A DNA stretch of 64,000 bases from an uncultured Acidobacteriota bacterium (GTDB lineage: Bacteria; Acidobacteriota; UBA6911). Of this stretch, positions 9,021 through 19,260 are shown piece by piece (position 1 is the stretch's first letter; each line of letters starts with the position of its first letter). The notes beneath the pieces were generated by a model. It made no database searches. It worked only from the letters and a program-made list of their open reading frames with translations, and was not told the DNA's origin. The stretch spans positions 23,298 to 87,297 of the forward strand of contig CAWHCF010000019.1 of assembly GCA_963827655.1 (NCBI GenBank), read 5' to 3'. Position numbers and translations under genes: made by a program.

Positions 9021-11114
9021 CTATTCTACTGTTTCCTTTCTGTCCTTGTTGCCTTCATCGATTATTTTTTGCGCTACATGGGCAGGAACCTCATCGTAGT
9101 GGGAGAACTCCATGTGGTAACTCCCCCTTCCGCCGGTCATGGAGGTCAGCACCGGAGCGTAAGTGACCATCTCCGCCATCGGAACCTGCGCCTTGATGAC
9201 CTGCGTGTCCCGCTTTACGTCCATCCCCTGAAGCCTTCCTCGACGGCTTGTGAGATCTCCCATCAAGTCCCCGGCGTATTCCTGCGGAGCGAATATTTCC
9301 ACGTTCATGATCGGCTCAAGCAGCACCGGCTGCGCTCCCTCCATCCCCTTCTTGAACGCCATGCTCCCGGCAACCTTGAAGGCAAGCTCTGACGAATCGA
9401 CCGGGTGATAGCTGCCGTCATAGAGCGTGACCTTGAAATCTACTACGGGGAATCCGGCGAGGAATCCCTTCGAGGCCGCTTCCACAATTCCTTTCTCCAC
9501 CGCGGGAATGAAATTTCGCGGGATGGAGCCTCCGAAGATCTCGTCGACGAATTGAAAGCTCTCTCCACGCGGCAGGGGCTCCATTCGAATCTTGCAGTCG
9601 CCGTACTGACCGTGTCCCCCCGTCTGCTTCTTGTATCTGCCCTGAACATCCGCGTGTCCGCGGATAGTTTCCCGATAAGGAATTTTGGGAGTCTTCAGGA
9701 TGACTTCGACCCCATAGCGCTTGCGCAGCTTTGCGACTGTCACCTCGACGTGAAGCTGGCCCGATCCGGACAGGAGAAGCTGTTTGGTCTGAGCGTCTCG
9801 ATTGTACTTGAGGGCAGGATCCTCTTCAGTAATGCGGGCCAGCGCGTTGCTGATCTTGTCCTCATCGCCGCGGCTCTTGGGCTCGATCGCGAACGTCATC
9901 GAGGGCTCTGGAACCTCCACGGCAGGGAAGACGATCGAATGCGCGGGGTCGCAGACGGTATCGCCGGTGGTCGTCTCCTTTAATTTGGTTACGGCGAAGA
10001 AATCGCCGGCGTGAACCTCGCCGACGGGAGTCATTGACTTGCCTTGAAGCGCCTGCAGCGGACCGAACTTTTCGCTCTTCTCTTTGGTTTGATTGTAGTA
10101 CTGCGTGTCAGACTTCATCACTCCGGAGTAGAGCCGCAGAATGCTGATCCTTCCCGTAAACGGATCTGCCACGGTCTTGAAAACATAGGCTGCATAGGGC
10201 TCTTTGCTGCTTACTGCCCGCTCGATTGATTCCTTTGCCTTGGGATCAATCCCCTGTACTTTTCCACGGCTGGCGGGAGAAGGCAGCAGGTCGACGATGC
10301 TATCCAGGACCTGCGCGATTCCGACGTTCAGCGTCGAGCTGGCACACAAAACCGGCACCACGCTTCTTTGCGCAACTCCGCGTCTCAAGCCCTCGACCAG
10401 GTCGGGCCCTTCAAGCGTTCCCGCCGAGAAGAACTTCTCCATCAATTCATCGCTCCCCTCGGCCACCATTTCAACCAGCTTCTCGCGAGCGCTCTTGACT
10501 TGATCCTTGAGCTCCGCCGGAACCTCTGTTTCCTGGAATTTTCCCGAGCCATCGCGGGCATATCGGTAAGCCTTGTTGGCAACTGTGTCGACTACACCGC
10601 TAAACTCGCGCTCGGCCCCGATCGGGATCTGAATCGGGATAGGCGTCCTTCCAAAACTGTCCTCGATGGACTGGAGCGTACGGTCAAAGCTGGCGTTATC
10701 CCGATCCATCTTGTTGATGACGATGAGCCGCGGCAGATCGAACTGGTCTGCGAATTCCCATACTTTCTCGGTCTGGACCTCAACGCCGGCGACGGCGTCG
10801 ATCACTACCACCGCAGCATCAGCGACGCGCAGCGCCAGCTCTGCCTCGGTAAGAAAAGGTCGATAACCAGGAGTATCAAGGATGTTGATTTTCTTCTTGT
10901 TCCACTCACAATGAGCCAGAGCGCTGCTGATGCTGATTTTGCGCTCAATCTCCTCATCTTCCCAATCCGTGACTGTGTTTCCATCTTCCACGCGTCCCAG
11001 GCGATTGATTGCTCCCGAGTCGAATAACATCGCGGATGTCAGGGAGGTTTTGCCTGAAGCTCCGTGCCCCATGACCCCGACATTACGGATGTTTTCGCTC
11101 TCATAAACCCTCAT
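9021..11114 (-). CDS. fusA: Elongation factor G, EF-G2-type paralog
   Basis: 'GHGASGKT', 'DTPG', 'NKMD', domain IV 'QTGGHGQYG', 'YHPVDSSE'; start at ATG 11114. Confidence 0.92.
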   Translation of the reverse strand: MRVYESENIRNVGVMGHGASGKTSLTSAMLFDSGAINRLGRVEDGNTVTDWEDEEIERKISISSALAHCEWNKKKINILDTPGYRPFLTEAELALRVADAAVVVIDAVAGVEVQTEKVWEFADQFDLPRLIVINKMDRDNASFDRTLQSIEDSFGRTPIPIQIPIGAEREFSGVVDTVANKAYRYARDGSGKFQETEVPAELKDQVKSAREKLVEMVAEGSDELMEKFFSAGTLEGPDLVEGLRRGVAQRSVVPVLCASSTLNVGIAQVLDSIVDLLPSPASRGKVQGIDPKAKESIERAVSSKEPYAAYVFKTVADPFTGRISILRLYSGVMKSDTQYYNQTKEKSEKFGPLQALQGKSMTPVGEVHAGDFFAVTKLKETTTGDTVCDPAHSIVFPAVEVPEPSMTFAIEPKSRGDEDKISNALARITEEDPALKYNRDAQTKQLLLSGSGQLHVEVTVAKLRKRYGVEVILKTPKIPYRETIRGHADVQGRYKKQTGGHGQYGDCKIRMEPLPRGESFQFVDEIFGGSIPRNFIPAVEKGIVEAASKGFLAGFPVVDFKVTLYDGSYHPVDSSELAFKVAGSMAFKKGMEGAQPVLLEPIMNVEIFAPQEYAGDLMGDLTSRRGRLQGMDVKRDTQVIKAQVPMAEMVTYAPVLTSMTGGRGSYHMEFSHYDEVPAHVAQKIIDEGNKDRKETVE

Positions 11115-11270
11115 AGACAAACCCCTCCGGGAAGTTGGTGACGCGTTGAATAAAAAAACGATACTATCATAGGGTCCAGGCGCTCGCAATAATTGGGCCG
11201 TCGCGCGCCGCGTCTCCGCCCTTCATCACGAAAACGCAAAGACTCGGTAAGGTTGTGGTATATATTCCGA

Positions 11271-12179
11271 ATGCGAGCCTGGATCGCCATCGCTTCTCTT
11301 TCCCTGATCACGGCCTGTGCCGGCGTTCAGGTTGCTTCGTTAGACACCGCGTCGGCGCTCAGCGGAAAGCGGGCGCTGGAACATGTTCGCGCGCAGGTGG
11401 ACCTTGGACCTCGCCCCCCCGGCTCGGAGGCGCTCGAGAAATGTCGGCAGTATATCGTCCGGCATCTGCGCGAATGGGGCTACGAGATAGAAGATGACGC
11501 GTTCGAAGCCACGACGCCTTACGGGCCCAAGAAAATGCACAACCTCATCGCCCGGAAGGGAAAGGGAGACAAGGGCGTCATTGCACTGGCGAGTCACTAT
11601 GACACCAAGTACATGGAAGGGATTCGCTTCGTCGGAGCCAATGACGGCGGCAGCAGCACGGCGCTTTTGTTGGAGCTGGCCAGGGTACTTTCCCAACGGA
11701 AGGATGGTCTGGACTACTGGTTCGTGTTCCTGGACGGCGAAGAAGCTTTCGTCGAGTGGAGCACGTTCGACAGTACTTATGGGAGCCGCCATCTGGCTCG
11801 CCGCTGGAAAGAGGAGAGCGTGGCGAACAAGATCCGCGCCTTTATTCTGCTCGATATGATTGGAGACCGGCAACTCGATCTCCTGAAAGAAGGGCATTCG
11901 ACTCCCTGGCTTCGAGATCTGGTCTGGTCCACGGCGAGTGAGTTGGGCCTGGATTCGGTCCTATCAAAAGCGGAATTCGAAGTGGGAGACGATCACGTCC
12001 CTTTTCTCGAAATAGGCATTCAGGCAGTGGATCTTATCGATCTGAATTTCGGTCCGGGGAACTCCTATCACCACACCGCCGAGGATACGCTGGACAAGGT
12101 CAGCGCCGAGAGCATGGAGAAGGTCGGGAAGCTTGTGCTCGGCGTCCTCCCGAAACTGCAGAAAAAATTCACCCAGTAA
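11271..12179 (+). CDS. M28-family peptidase / glutaminyl-cyclase-like lipoprotein
   Basis: Lipobox 'ITAC', 'SHYDTK', 'GANDGGSS', 'DGEE', 'DMIGD', 'DDH', 'HHT'. Confidence 0.87.
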   Translation: MRAWIAIASLSLITACAGVQVASLDTASALSGKRALEHVRAQVDLGPRPPGSEALEKCRQYIVRHLREWGYEIEDDAFEATTPYGPKKMHNLIARKGKGDKGVIALASHYDTKYMEGIRFVGANDGGSSTALLLELARVLSQRKDGLDYWFVFLDGEEAFVEWSTFDSTYGSRHLARRWKEESVANKIRAFILLDMIGDRQLDLLKEGHSTPWLRDLVWSTASELGLDSVLSKAEFEVGDDHVPFLEIGIQAVDLIDLNFGPGNSYHHTAEDTLDKVSAESMEKVGKLVLGVLPKLQKKFTQ

Positions 12180-12213
12180 CTTCTTACCGCGAAGACGCGA
12201 AGTCCTCGAAGAG

Positions 12214-12608
12214 TCAAGAGGAGTTAATAACTCTTTGAATGCCTTGCTTGATCACAGGAACATTGAAATTAATCAGAAACCCAAGGTGTTTTCCGGTTAG
12301 CTTCAGCTGGGAAATGATCTGCGCGAGAAATACAGGGTTTAGACGACTCGACGCACTTTAGTTCACACATGACGAGGTCGTCCACCAGGACATCAAGTCG
12401 CAGACCCTCAGAGAATGAGACCCCGTCATACACAAGGGGCACGACTAACCTGACGGCGGTAAGGTATCCGACGTTTGCTTAACTCGTGGCAGAAACAGGC
12501 CTCATAAATTGATTCTAGCAGGCCGGGTCCGAGAGTCTTATGAACAGCATATGCCGCAGCTACAATCGCCTTTGCGAGTTCCTCTTCCCGCGTCGACACG
12601 ACCGTCAT
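12214..12608 (-). pseudogene. GxxExxY protein, two frameshifts
   Basis: 'LGPGLLESIYE' then, after shifts near 12445 and 12340, 'VPLVYDG...LRLDVLVDDLVMCELK' and 'LKLTGKHLGFLINFNV..IKQGIQRVINSS*'. Confidence 0.85.
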
Positions 12609-12686
12609 GCTTTAATTGTTTCACGGCCCCGTTAAAGCATTTCAGAATCTTTGTGACTTCGAGTCTTAGCAAATGCTGGGCGGGGG

Positions 12687-15116
12687 TCAGGCGGACTTGG
12701 GGACCTTCTCTTTGTAATCGCAGGTTTCGCTGCTGCAGAAACGCACGGTCCCGGTTCGCTTCGTCGTCCTCTCGACGATGAAGGGAGCCTCACAGACCGG
12801 GCAGCGTTCAGGCAAGGGCCGATTCCAGAGCGTGTAATCGCAATCCGGATAATTGGAGCAACCGTAAAATGTGCGCCCTCGCCGCGATTTCCTCTCGACG
12901 ATCTCGCCGCCGCAGTTCTTCGGACATGATACGCCCGTGCTCTTGAGCTTGATGTACTTGCAGTCTGGATAATCGCTGCACGCAGTATACTCCCCGAAGC
13001 GCCCGTGCTTGAGCGCGAGGTTTTTCCCGCAAACAGGACACTTCTCGTCCAGCGGGATATCGTGCTGGACGTTGATGGTCTCGTCCGACTTTACGATCTT
13101 CTTGGTGTTGCGGCACTCCGGATAGCCTGAGCATGCCATGAATTCCCCGAAGCGCCCCCGCTTCAGGACCATCTGCCTGCCGCACTTCTCGCACATCAGA
13201 TCCTCGACGTCCCCGGGCGCGCTCGAGTCCAGACTGCAGACCTTGGGAATCTCCCGCGTGTTTTTACATTCAGGATAGCCTTTGCAAGCCAGGAAACGGC
13301 CGAATCGTCCCCATTTAATCACCATCTTGTTGCCGCACTTGTCGCAGACTTCCTCGGTCGCGATCTCTTCGCTCTTTAGATCCCGCATCTCTTTCTCGGC
13401 CACCGCCAGTCGCTTCGAGAAGCGTCCGTAAAACTCTTTCATCACCTGATTCCACTTTTCGCGTCCCGACTCGATGCGGTCGAGATGATCTTCCATGCGC
13501 GCCGTGTATTCGTAATCGAAAATGTCCCTGAAACTTTCCACGAGTAACTCCACAACCACTTCGCCCGTTTCAGTCGGATAGAACTTGCTCTCCTGCTTCA
13601 CAACGTATTCGCGATCCTGGATCGTGCTGAGGATCGTAGCGTAGGTGCTGGGGCGGCCGATGCCGTTTGCCTCCAGGGCCTTGACCAGGCTCGCCTCGTT
13701 ATACCGCGGCGGAGGTTGGGTAAAGTGCTGCGACGGACGAAGCTCCTGGACTATGAGGGGTTCTCCTTCCCTGAGCTCGGGCAGGATTCCGGCATCTTCT
13801 TCTTCCTCGCCCTTGGCCGGCGTCTCGTCCGCTTTCGCTTCCTGGTACACCGCCAGAAATCCCTGGAACTTGATGATCGAGCCGGTGGCCTTGAAGCCGA
13901 CCCGGCCGGCGTCGATCTCGACGTCGGTCTGATCGAAAACAGCCGGACTCATCTGAGAAGCTACGAATCGCTGCCACACGAGAGTGTAAAGCCGCAGCAG
14001 GTCCGGTTCGAGGAAGGACTTAAGACTCTCCGGAGTTCTTTCAACCGATGTCGGGCGGATGGCCTCGTGAGCCTCCTGTGCCGTCTTCTTGGACTTGTAG
14101 TAGATCTTGTGGTGGGGAAGAAAAGCGTCGCCATAGAGGTTCTTGATCAAGCCGCGAACTTCCTCGAGCGCCTGCTCGGAAACGCGCGTGGAATCCGTCC
14201 GCATGTAGGTGATAAGACCTACGGCGCCCTCGCTGCCGACCTCGACCCCCTCATAGAGCCGTTGCGCCATGACCATGGTCTTCTTCACCGAAAAATTCAG
14301 CTTGCGCGCTGCATCCTGCTGCAGCTTGCTGGTGATGAAAGGGGGAACCGGGTAGCGTTTCTTTTCGCGCCGATGGATTCTGGTAATGACGAAAGGTTGC
14401 TGTCGAAGTCCCTCCACGACGGCATCCATGGTTTGCTGATCGGACACATTCCACTTTTTCCCGTCGAGCGAGCGCGCTTTGGCAGTGAATTCCGGAGGCT
14501 TCTCCCCCAGCAGGCGCGCGGCAAGATTCCAGTACTCTTCCGATTTGAAGGCGCGGATCTCCTGCTCGCGCTCTACAATCAGCCTCAATGCCACCGTCTG
14601 CACGCGCCCCGCCGAAAGACCTCGCCGCACTTTGTCCCAGAGGAGCGGACTGATCTTGTAACCTACCAGGCGGTCGAGAATCCGACGCGCCAGTTGAGCG
14701 CCGACCTTGTTCCGATTGATTTGCCCGGGATTCTTGAACGCTTCCTGGATTGCGTTCTTCGTGATTTCATGAAAAAGAACTCGATAAATCTTCCTTTTCT
14801 TCTTGGAGTCTTTGGTGCTGGCTAATTCTTCGGCAAGGTGCTGGCAGATTGCTTCGCCTTCACGGTCAGGATCGGCGGCCAGGTAAACCGACTCCGATTT
14901 CTGCGCCGCCGCGCGCAGCTCGCGCACAATTTTTTCTTTCGAGGGAATGATGGTGTACTCCGGGGTGAAGTCGTGCTCGACATCCACAGCCAGCTTGTTC
15001 TTGGGGAGATCCTTGATATGACCGACCGAGGCCTTGACCGTGTAAGCACTGCCCAAGTATTTCGTGATGGTCCTGGCCTTGGCGGGAGACTCAACGATGA
15101 CGAGTGACTTTGCCAT
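12687..15116 (-). CDS. topA: DNA topoisomerase I
   Basis: 'VIVESPAKA', 'DPDREGE', 'SAGRVQ', 'ITYMRTDS', C-terminal zinc ribbons. Confidence 0.97.
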   Translation of the reverse strand: MAKSLVIVESPAKARTITKYLGSAYTVKASVGHIKDLPKNKLAVDVEHDFTPEYTIIPSKEKIVRELRAAAQKSESVYLAADPDREGEAICQHLAEELASTKDSKKKRKIYRVLFHEITKNAIQEAFKNPGQINRNKVGAQLARRILDRLVGYKISPLLWDKVRRGLSAGRVQTVALRLIVEREQEIRAFKSEEYWNLAARLLGEKPPEFTAKARSLDGKKWNVSDQQTMDAVVEGLRQQPFVITRIHRREKKRYPVPPFITSKLQQDAARKLNFSVKKTMVMAQRLYEGVEVGSEGAVGLITYMRTDSTRVSEQALEEVRGLIKNLYGDAFLPHHKIYYKSKKTAQEAHEAIRPTSVERTPESLKSFLEPDLLRLYTLVWQRFVASQMSPAVFDQTDVEIDAGRVGFKATGSIIKFQGFLAVYQEAKADETPAKGEEEEDAGILPELREGEPLIVQELRPSQHFTQPPPRYNEASLVKALEANGIGRPSTYATILSTIQDREYVVKQESKFYPTETGEVVVELLVESFRDIFDYEYTARMEDHLDRIESGREKWNQVMKEFYGRFSKRLAVAEKEMRDLKSEEIATEEVCDKCGNKMVIKWGRFGRFLACKGYPECKNTREIPKVCSLDSSAPGDVEDLMCEKCGRQMVLKRGRFGEFMACSGYPECRNTKKIVKSDETINVQHDIPLDEKCPVCGKNLALKHGRFGEYTACSDYPDCKYIKLKSTGVSCPKNCGGEIVERKSRRGRTFYGCSNYPDCDYTLWNRPLPERCPVCEAPFIVERTTKRTGTVRFCSSETCDYKEKVPKSA

Positions 15117-15312
15117 AGAAGCGGGCAAACTATATCAACCTTTCAAAGAATTCCAAGCAAAATCATTCTACAGGTCATCGGGGTCAGTTTCGAGTAGCGC
15201 CTGCCGGGACCGAGTTGATCATTTTCCCTAATGTATTGTAGCGTAAAGCTTTCCGTCTTGATTTCCATTGCCGCCGGGACGCGAAAAACACCCGCAAAAG
15301 ACTTGGTCCGGT

Positions 15313-16464
15313 CTACCGGCGGGCACCCCCCGGATACGCAGGTCTGGCTACTTTGACGTACAGGTTCCCGGGCACCTGGCGGATCCAGCCCCTCATCTCC
15401 AGGTTTAAGAGAACGTCGCTCAATTGGGGGATTTCGAGACCAGACTTCCGAAAGAGCTTATCGAACTGGGTCGCCTGATCAGTTTGCAAAAGCTCTAGAA
15501 CCGCGGTCTCCTCCTGAGTTAGAAGTTGGAGTTCGGGAGTTTCTGAAACCCGCGACTCCTCTTGGGCCAGGATTCGATGGCGAATCTCGGGAGGGAACTC
15601 TTCGACAATATCCCGCCACGATTGCACCAGCTTGGCACCTTGCTTGATGAGAAAATTCGGTCCGAAACTTTGCGGTGAAGTCAAATTGCCCGGCAAGCCG
15701 AAGACGTCGCGGTTCTGCTCCATGGCCAGACGCGCCGTGATGAGAGACCCGCTGTACTCCCCGGCCTCGACGATCAATGTTCCAAGCGCGAGCCCGCTGA
15801 TGAGACGGTTGCGGACTGGAAAGTTTTGAGGAGATGGGGATGTTCCGGGCGGAAACTCCGACAGAAGAAGGCCAGACTCCAAGATTTTCCTCGACAAATA
15901 GCGATGCTCGCGGGGGTACACGATGTCGATGCCGCACCCAAGCACCGCCACGGTCGGACCGTACTCGAGACAACCCCGGTGAGCGGCGGCATCGATCCCA
16001 CGGGCAAGGCCGCTTACAATGCATACGCGCCGCGCCGCCAGATCGGCCGCGAGTCCCTGGGCCATCTGCAGGCCATAGTAGGTCGGACGGCGCGTCCCCA
16101 CGATAGCGACGCAGGGCAGGTCCAGAACCTCAACATGTCCCTGGGCGTAAAGGATCAGGGGAGGGTCATAGATTTCCTTGAGCAACGAGGGATAGCCGGG
16201 CCTATCCACCAGCAACAATCGGCGGCCGTCCGTATGCGACCATCCCAGTATCTCTTGAGCCATAGAATGATAGCGGCGCGAGGCAATGCTCAAACAGCCG
16301 TCGGGCGGTATCCCGAGTCTTTCCAGCGCGTCCGCGCTGAGCGAGAAGAGTTCGGAAATGTCAGGGTACAAAGAGCAGAGCTTGCGCTGTGTCTGAGTCC
16401 CCACGCCCGGAACAAGCGTCAGTTCAATAACGTCTATTAAATGTCGTTCGTCCGACTGGGTCAC
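15313..16464 (-). CDS. dprA: DNA-processing protein DprA
   Basis: 'IVGTR', 'SGLARGID', 'FPVRNRLISGL'; upstream of topA. Confidence 0.95.
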   Translation of the reverse strand: MTQSDERHLIDVIELTLVPGVGTQTQRKLCSLYPDISELFSLSADALERLGIPPDGCLSIASRRYHSMAQEILGWSHTDGRRLLLVDRPGYPSLLKEIYDPPLILYAQGHVEVLDLPCVAIVGTRRPTYYGLQMAQGLAADLAARRVCIVSGLARGIDAAAHRGCLEYGPTVAVLGCGIDIVYPREHRYLSRKILESGLLLSEFPPGTSPSPQNFPVRNRLISGLALGTLIVEAGEYSGSLITARLAMEQNRDVFGLPGNLTSPQSFGPNFLIKQGAKLVQSWRDIVEEFPPEIRHRILAQEESRVSETPELQLLTQEETAVLELLQTDQATQFDKLFRKSGLEIPQLSDVLLNLEMRGWIRQVPGNLYVKVARPAYPGGARR

Positions 16465-16665
16465 GGGCGGTAAAGGGAACCGGACGGCTGTTCACGAGTG
16501 GAAGCGAAATCAGCCGCCAAGGCACGACGACAATGGAAATCACGACCGCGAACTCCTGGTACAAATTTCAATTCAGCAGAGCCGCTTTATGTGTCACAGT
16601 AATTGTTTCGTGGAACATTGACTTATTTCGAAATAAACCCAGGGGTCAGCACAACTGAGGCAATC

Positions 16666-17500
16666 TTGAAGTTACGCGTCTCGCTGGTAGACTACTTGAA
16701 CTCAGCCCCGCTCGGCTGGTCGTTTCTCCACGGTCCGCTTAAAGGGAAATTTGAGGTGGTTCGATCGTCCCCGGCAGAATGCGCCGATCAACTGGCCCGG
16801 GGCGAAGTGGATGTGGGCTTGATTCCCAGCATCGAGTATCAGCGCATCCCTGATCTTCGGATTATTCCAGGAATAGCTGTTGCCGCATCCAATCGGGTCC
16901 GCAGCGTCCTTCTGGTGCGGCCCAAGGGACGACCGGAGATTCGTTCCGTAGCTCTGGACACGAGTTCCCGGACCTCCGCAACCCTCGTGAGAATACTTCT
17001 CGAGCGCCGCATGGGACTGCGGCCTGAGCTTGTGCCGCACATGCCGGAAATAGATGAGATGCTGGGAAGATGCGACGCCGCCCTCATTATCGGAGATGCG
17101 GCTCTAAGACTCCCGGCCGACAAGTATGAGGTTCTCGATCTGGCACAAGCATGGATCGAATGGCAGAAGCGTGCCGTTCGTTTTTGCCTTCTGGGCCTGC
17201 CGCGCCGAATTGGAAGCAGACCTGGAGCTGGTTCCGATATTTCACGAAGCTCGATCCTGGGGGTTGGGAGCGCGCGAGGAAATTGCCGAAGTGTACGCCG
17301 GTATTCTCAACCTGTCTGAGGCCTCTCTGCGGGAGTATCTGCACTTCAACGTTGACTATAACCTGGGTCGCCCCCACGTGGACGGGTTGACAAGGTTTTT
17401 CCACCTCGCCTTCGAGATGAACGCCATTCCTGAACTTCGGCCGCTCGACTTCCTACCAATGATGTCGATTGACGATTTACGATTGACGATTGACGATTGA
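16666..17500 (+). CDS. mqnA: Chorismate dehydratase MqnA (futalosine pathway), one +1 frameshift near 17171
   Basis: 'YLNSAPL', 'SSRTS', 'LIIGD.AL', 'DLAQAW'; removing one G restores 'KLPFVFAFWA'. Confidence 0.85.
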
Positions 17501-17541
17501 AAAAAACTGGATTCGATGGATCAATCGTAAATCGTGAATCG
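17466..17541. repeat. Heptamer (GATTGAC/GATTTAC) tandem array with inverted partner
   Basis: cgattgacgatttacgattgacgattgacgattga ... tcaatcgtaaatcgtgaatcg between convergent genes. Confidence 0.85.
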
Positions 17542-17543
17542 GC

Positions 17544-18074
17544 TCACTCGAGCTCAACGTTCCAGTACAGATAGTCGCGCCATGCCTCCGGCGCGCTCCG
17601 GACTCCAATCGTGATGTGGAGCATCGTCGGCACCCACTCGGGCTCCCTGGGTTGCCGGATCAATCGCATACCAGCCTCTTCGGGCGTCTGCCCTCCCTTC
17701 CGGTGGTTACATTCGAAGCAGCAGGTGACGATATTGCTCCACGTCTTGCCTCCCCCCTTCACGATGGGAATCACGTGGTCAAAGGTCAAATCCTGAGTCG
17801 AGCACTTCTCCCCGCAATACTGGCACGTGTGGTGGTCCCGCGCGTATATGTTAGCCCGGCAGAACTTTACATGCTGGAAGCGTTTCCGGATCTTTACGTA
17901 CTTCAGAAGCCGCAGTACACTGGGCAACTTTATGCTGAAGCTGATGCTTCGGATTTCGCGGTCATACTCCGCCAATACCTCGACCTTTCCCTGGTAGAGC
18001 AAGCTAAGGGCACGCTTCCAGGAGATGATGTTGATGGGCTCATAACTGGCATTCAGAACTAGAGTATGTTCCAT
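17544..18074 (-). CDS. HNH endonuclease (McrA-like)
   Basis: 'LVLNASYEP', 'RDHHTCQYCG', 'DHVIP', 'CFECNHRKG'. Confidence 0.92.
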   Translation of the reverse strand: MEHTLVLNASYEPINIISWKRALSLLYQGKVEVLAEYDREIRSISFSIKLPSVLRLLKYVKIRKRFQHVKFCRANIYARDHHTCQYCGEKCSTQDLTFDHVIPIVKGGGKTWSNIVTCCFECNHRKGGQTPEEAGMRLIRQPREPEWVPTMLHITIGVRSAPEAWRDYLYWNVELE

Positions 18075-18303
18075 CGTATGTCCTGGCGATGAGCTAACAG
18101 CAAAATGCCTTGGTTCGAGAAAAGTCCAGTAAAGGCGGGAGATTAAAATGAAGCGCGTATGGGTAACTGAAGACTCTTATACCTCCTCGGCTCGTAATGT
18201 TTTTAACGCGATAATTGAAATACAAGATCCACTGCAAGTCAAGTGTTAATAAGACTTGGAGTAAATAGCCATGTGATTCTCCAGGTCTCGGCCCTCTTGA
18301 TGG

Positions 18304-19113
18304 TCAAGTCTGCGAAGGATCGTCAAGTCTCTTCCGGCTGCCCCAAATCTCTTCGAGTTTTGTATAGCTGGGAGGGTAGGAGGGTTGGAATCGCAGGTAG
18401 GTTGGTATGGGATAGCGAACGCCGCCTTTGTGCGCGCCTTCCAGGCCTTCAATGAGGGTCTCGCTGTGGCCGGCCGGAAAGCTGAATCCCATTTCGTGAT
18501 CCTGGGTTTGTCCGAAGACGCGATCCCCGTAGCAGGGGAGAATGACCTGGGGCTGCCCGCTTTGAATCGTCTGGATTACACTGTCGGAGCAATCGATGCG
18601 GCCGGCAAAGCTCGACTGAATCCTCCCCCCCGTCTTGTAGAGGGACGCCACCACCAGGATCATGACCTGCGCCGAATTACCATAGAAAAGGACGACCTGC
18701 GGCTCGAAATCAGCCCTGGAGAGCGGAGCACAGACGATGGTCTGATATTCCTTCCACGAGAACTTCGCGATTGAGGCCTCAGTTCTTGCGCCAGCCTCCG
18801 TTGTCGCTGTGTACATGCCCGCGCAGGTACACCCTTCCTTGAAGTAGTCCACTTCTTCCTCGAAACCATAAACGACCTTCGACAGCGGACAGTTGATATC
18901 TTCATGGCCCATCGCCAGTGCCCAGCCGTATCGTCGAGCCATGGTGTAGCCCATGCAGGTCGTGACTTGCACCTTCAAATCACGGAGCGGTCGCTTGGCG
19001 CGCTCGGGAATGGGTTCTCCTGCCTTCAGCATCCGGATTGCGAGAGGAAAAGTGTCGGGCCGGACGCAGCGGGTTAGAACTTCGTCTAGACGATCAAGAT
19101 CCTTCATGAACAA
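18304..19113 (-). CDS. DUF169-domain protein
   Basis: 'CMGYTMARRYG', 'PCYGDRVFG' Cys pattern. Confidence 0.75.
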   Translation of the reverse strand: MFMKDLDRLDEVLTRCVRPDTFPLAIRMLKAGEPIPERAKRPLRDLKVQVTTCMGYTMARRYGWALAMGHEDINCPLSKVVYGFEEEVDYFKEGCTCAGMYTATTEAGARTEASIAKFSWKEYQTIVCAPLSRADFEPQVVLFYGNSAQVMILVVASLYKTGGRIQSSFAGRIDCSDSVIQTIQSGQPQVILPCYGDRVFGQTQDHEMGFSFPAGHSETLIEGLEGAHKGGVRYPIPTYLRFQPSYPPSYTKLEEIWGSRKRLDDPSQT

Positions 19114-19260
19114 GTCTCCTCCAACTGAACGGTAATTCTAGCAAACACCCTGGTGCGGCTGTAGCCGGTGATCGGGCCCACCGTTCCAGAATGACGCTTC
19201 GGAGTCAGGCTGAGCGGGCGAATTGAAAGGAAAATGTGATTCTACTATCATTCTTCGGCC

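Noticed and set aside
17160-17190. Programmed ribosomal frameshift in mqnA
   Set aside because: No slippery heptamer at the break; a single extra base explains it, as in several other genes here.
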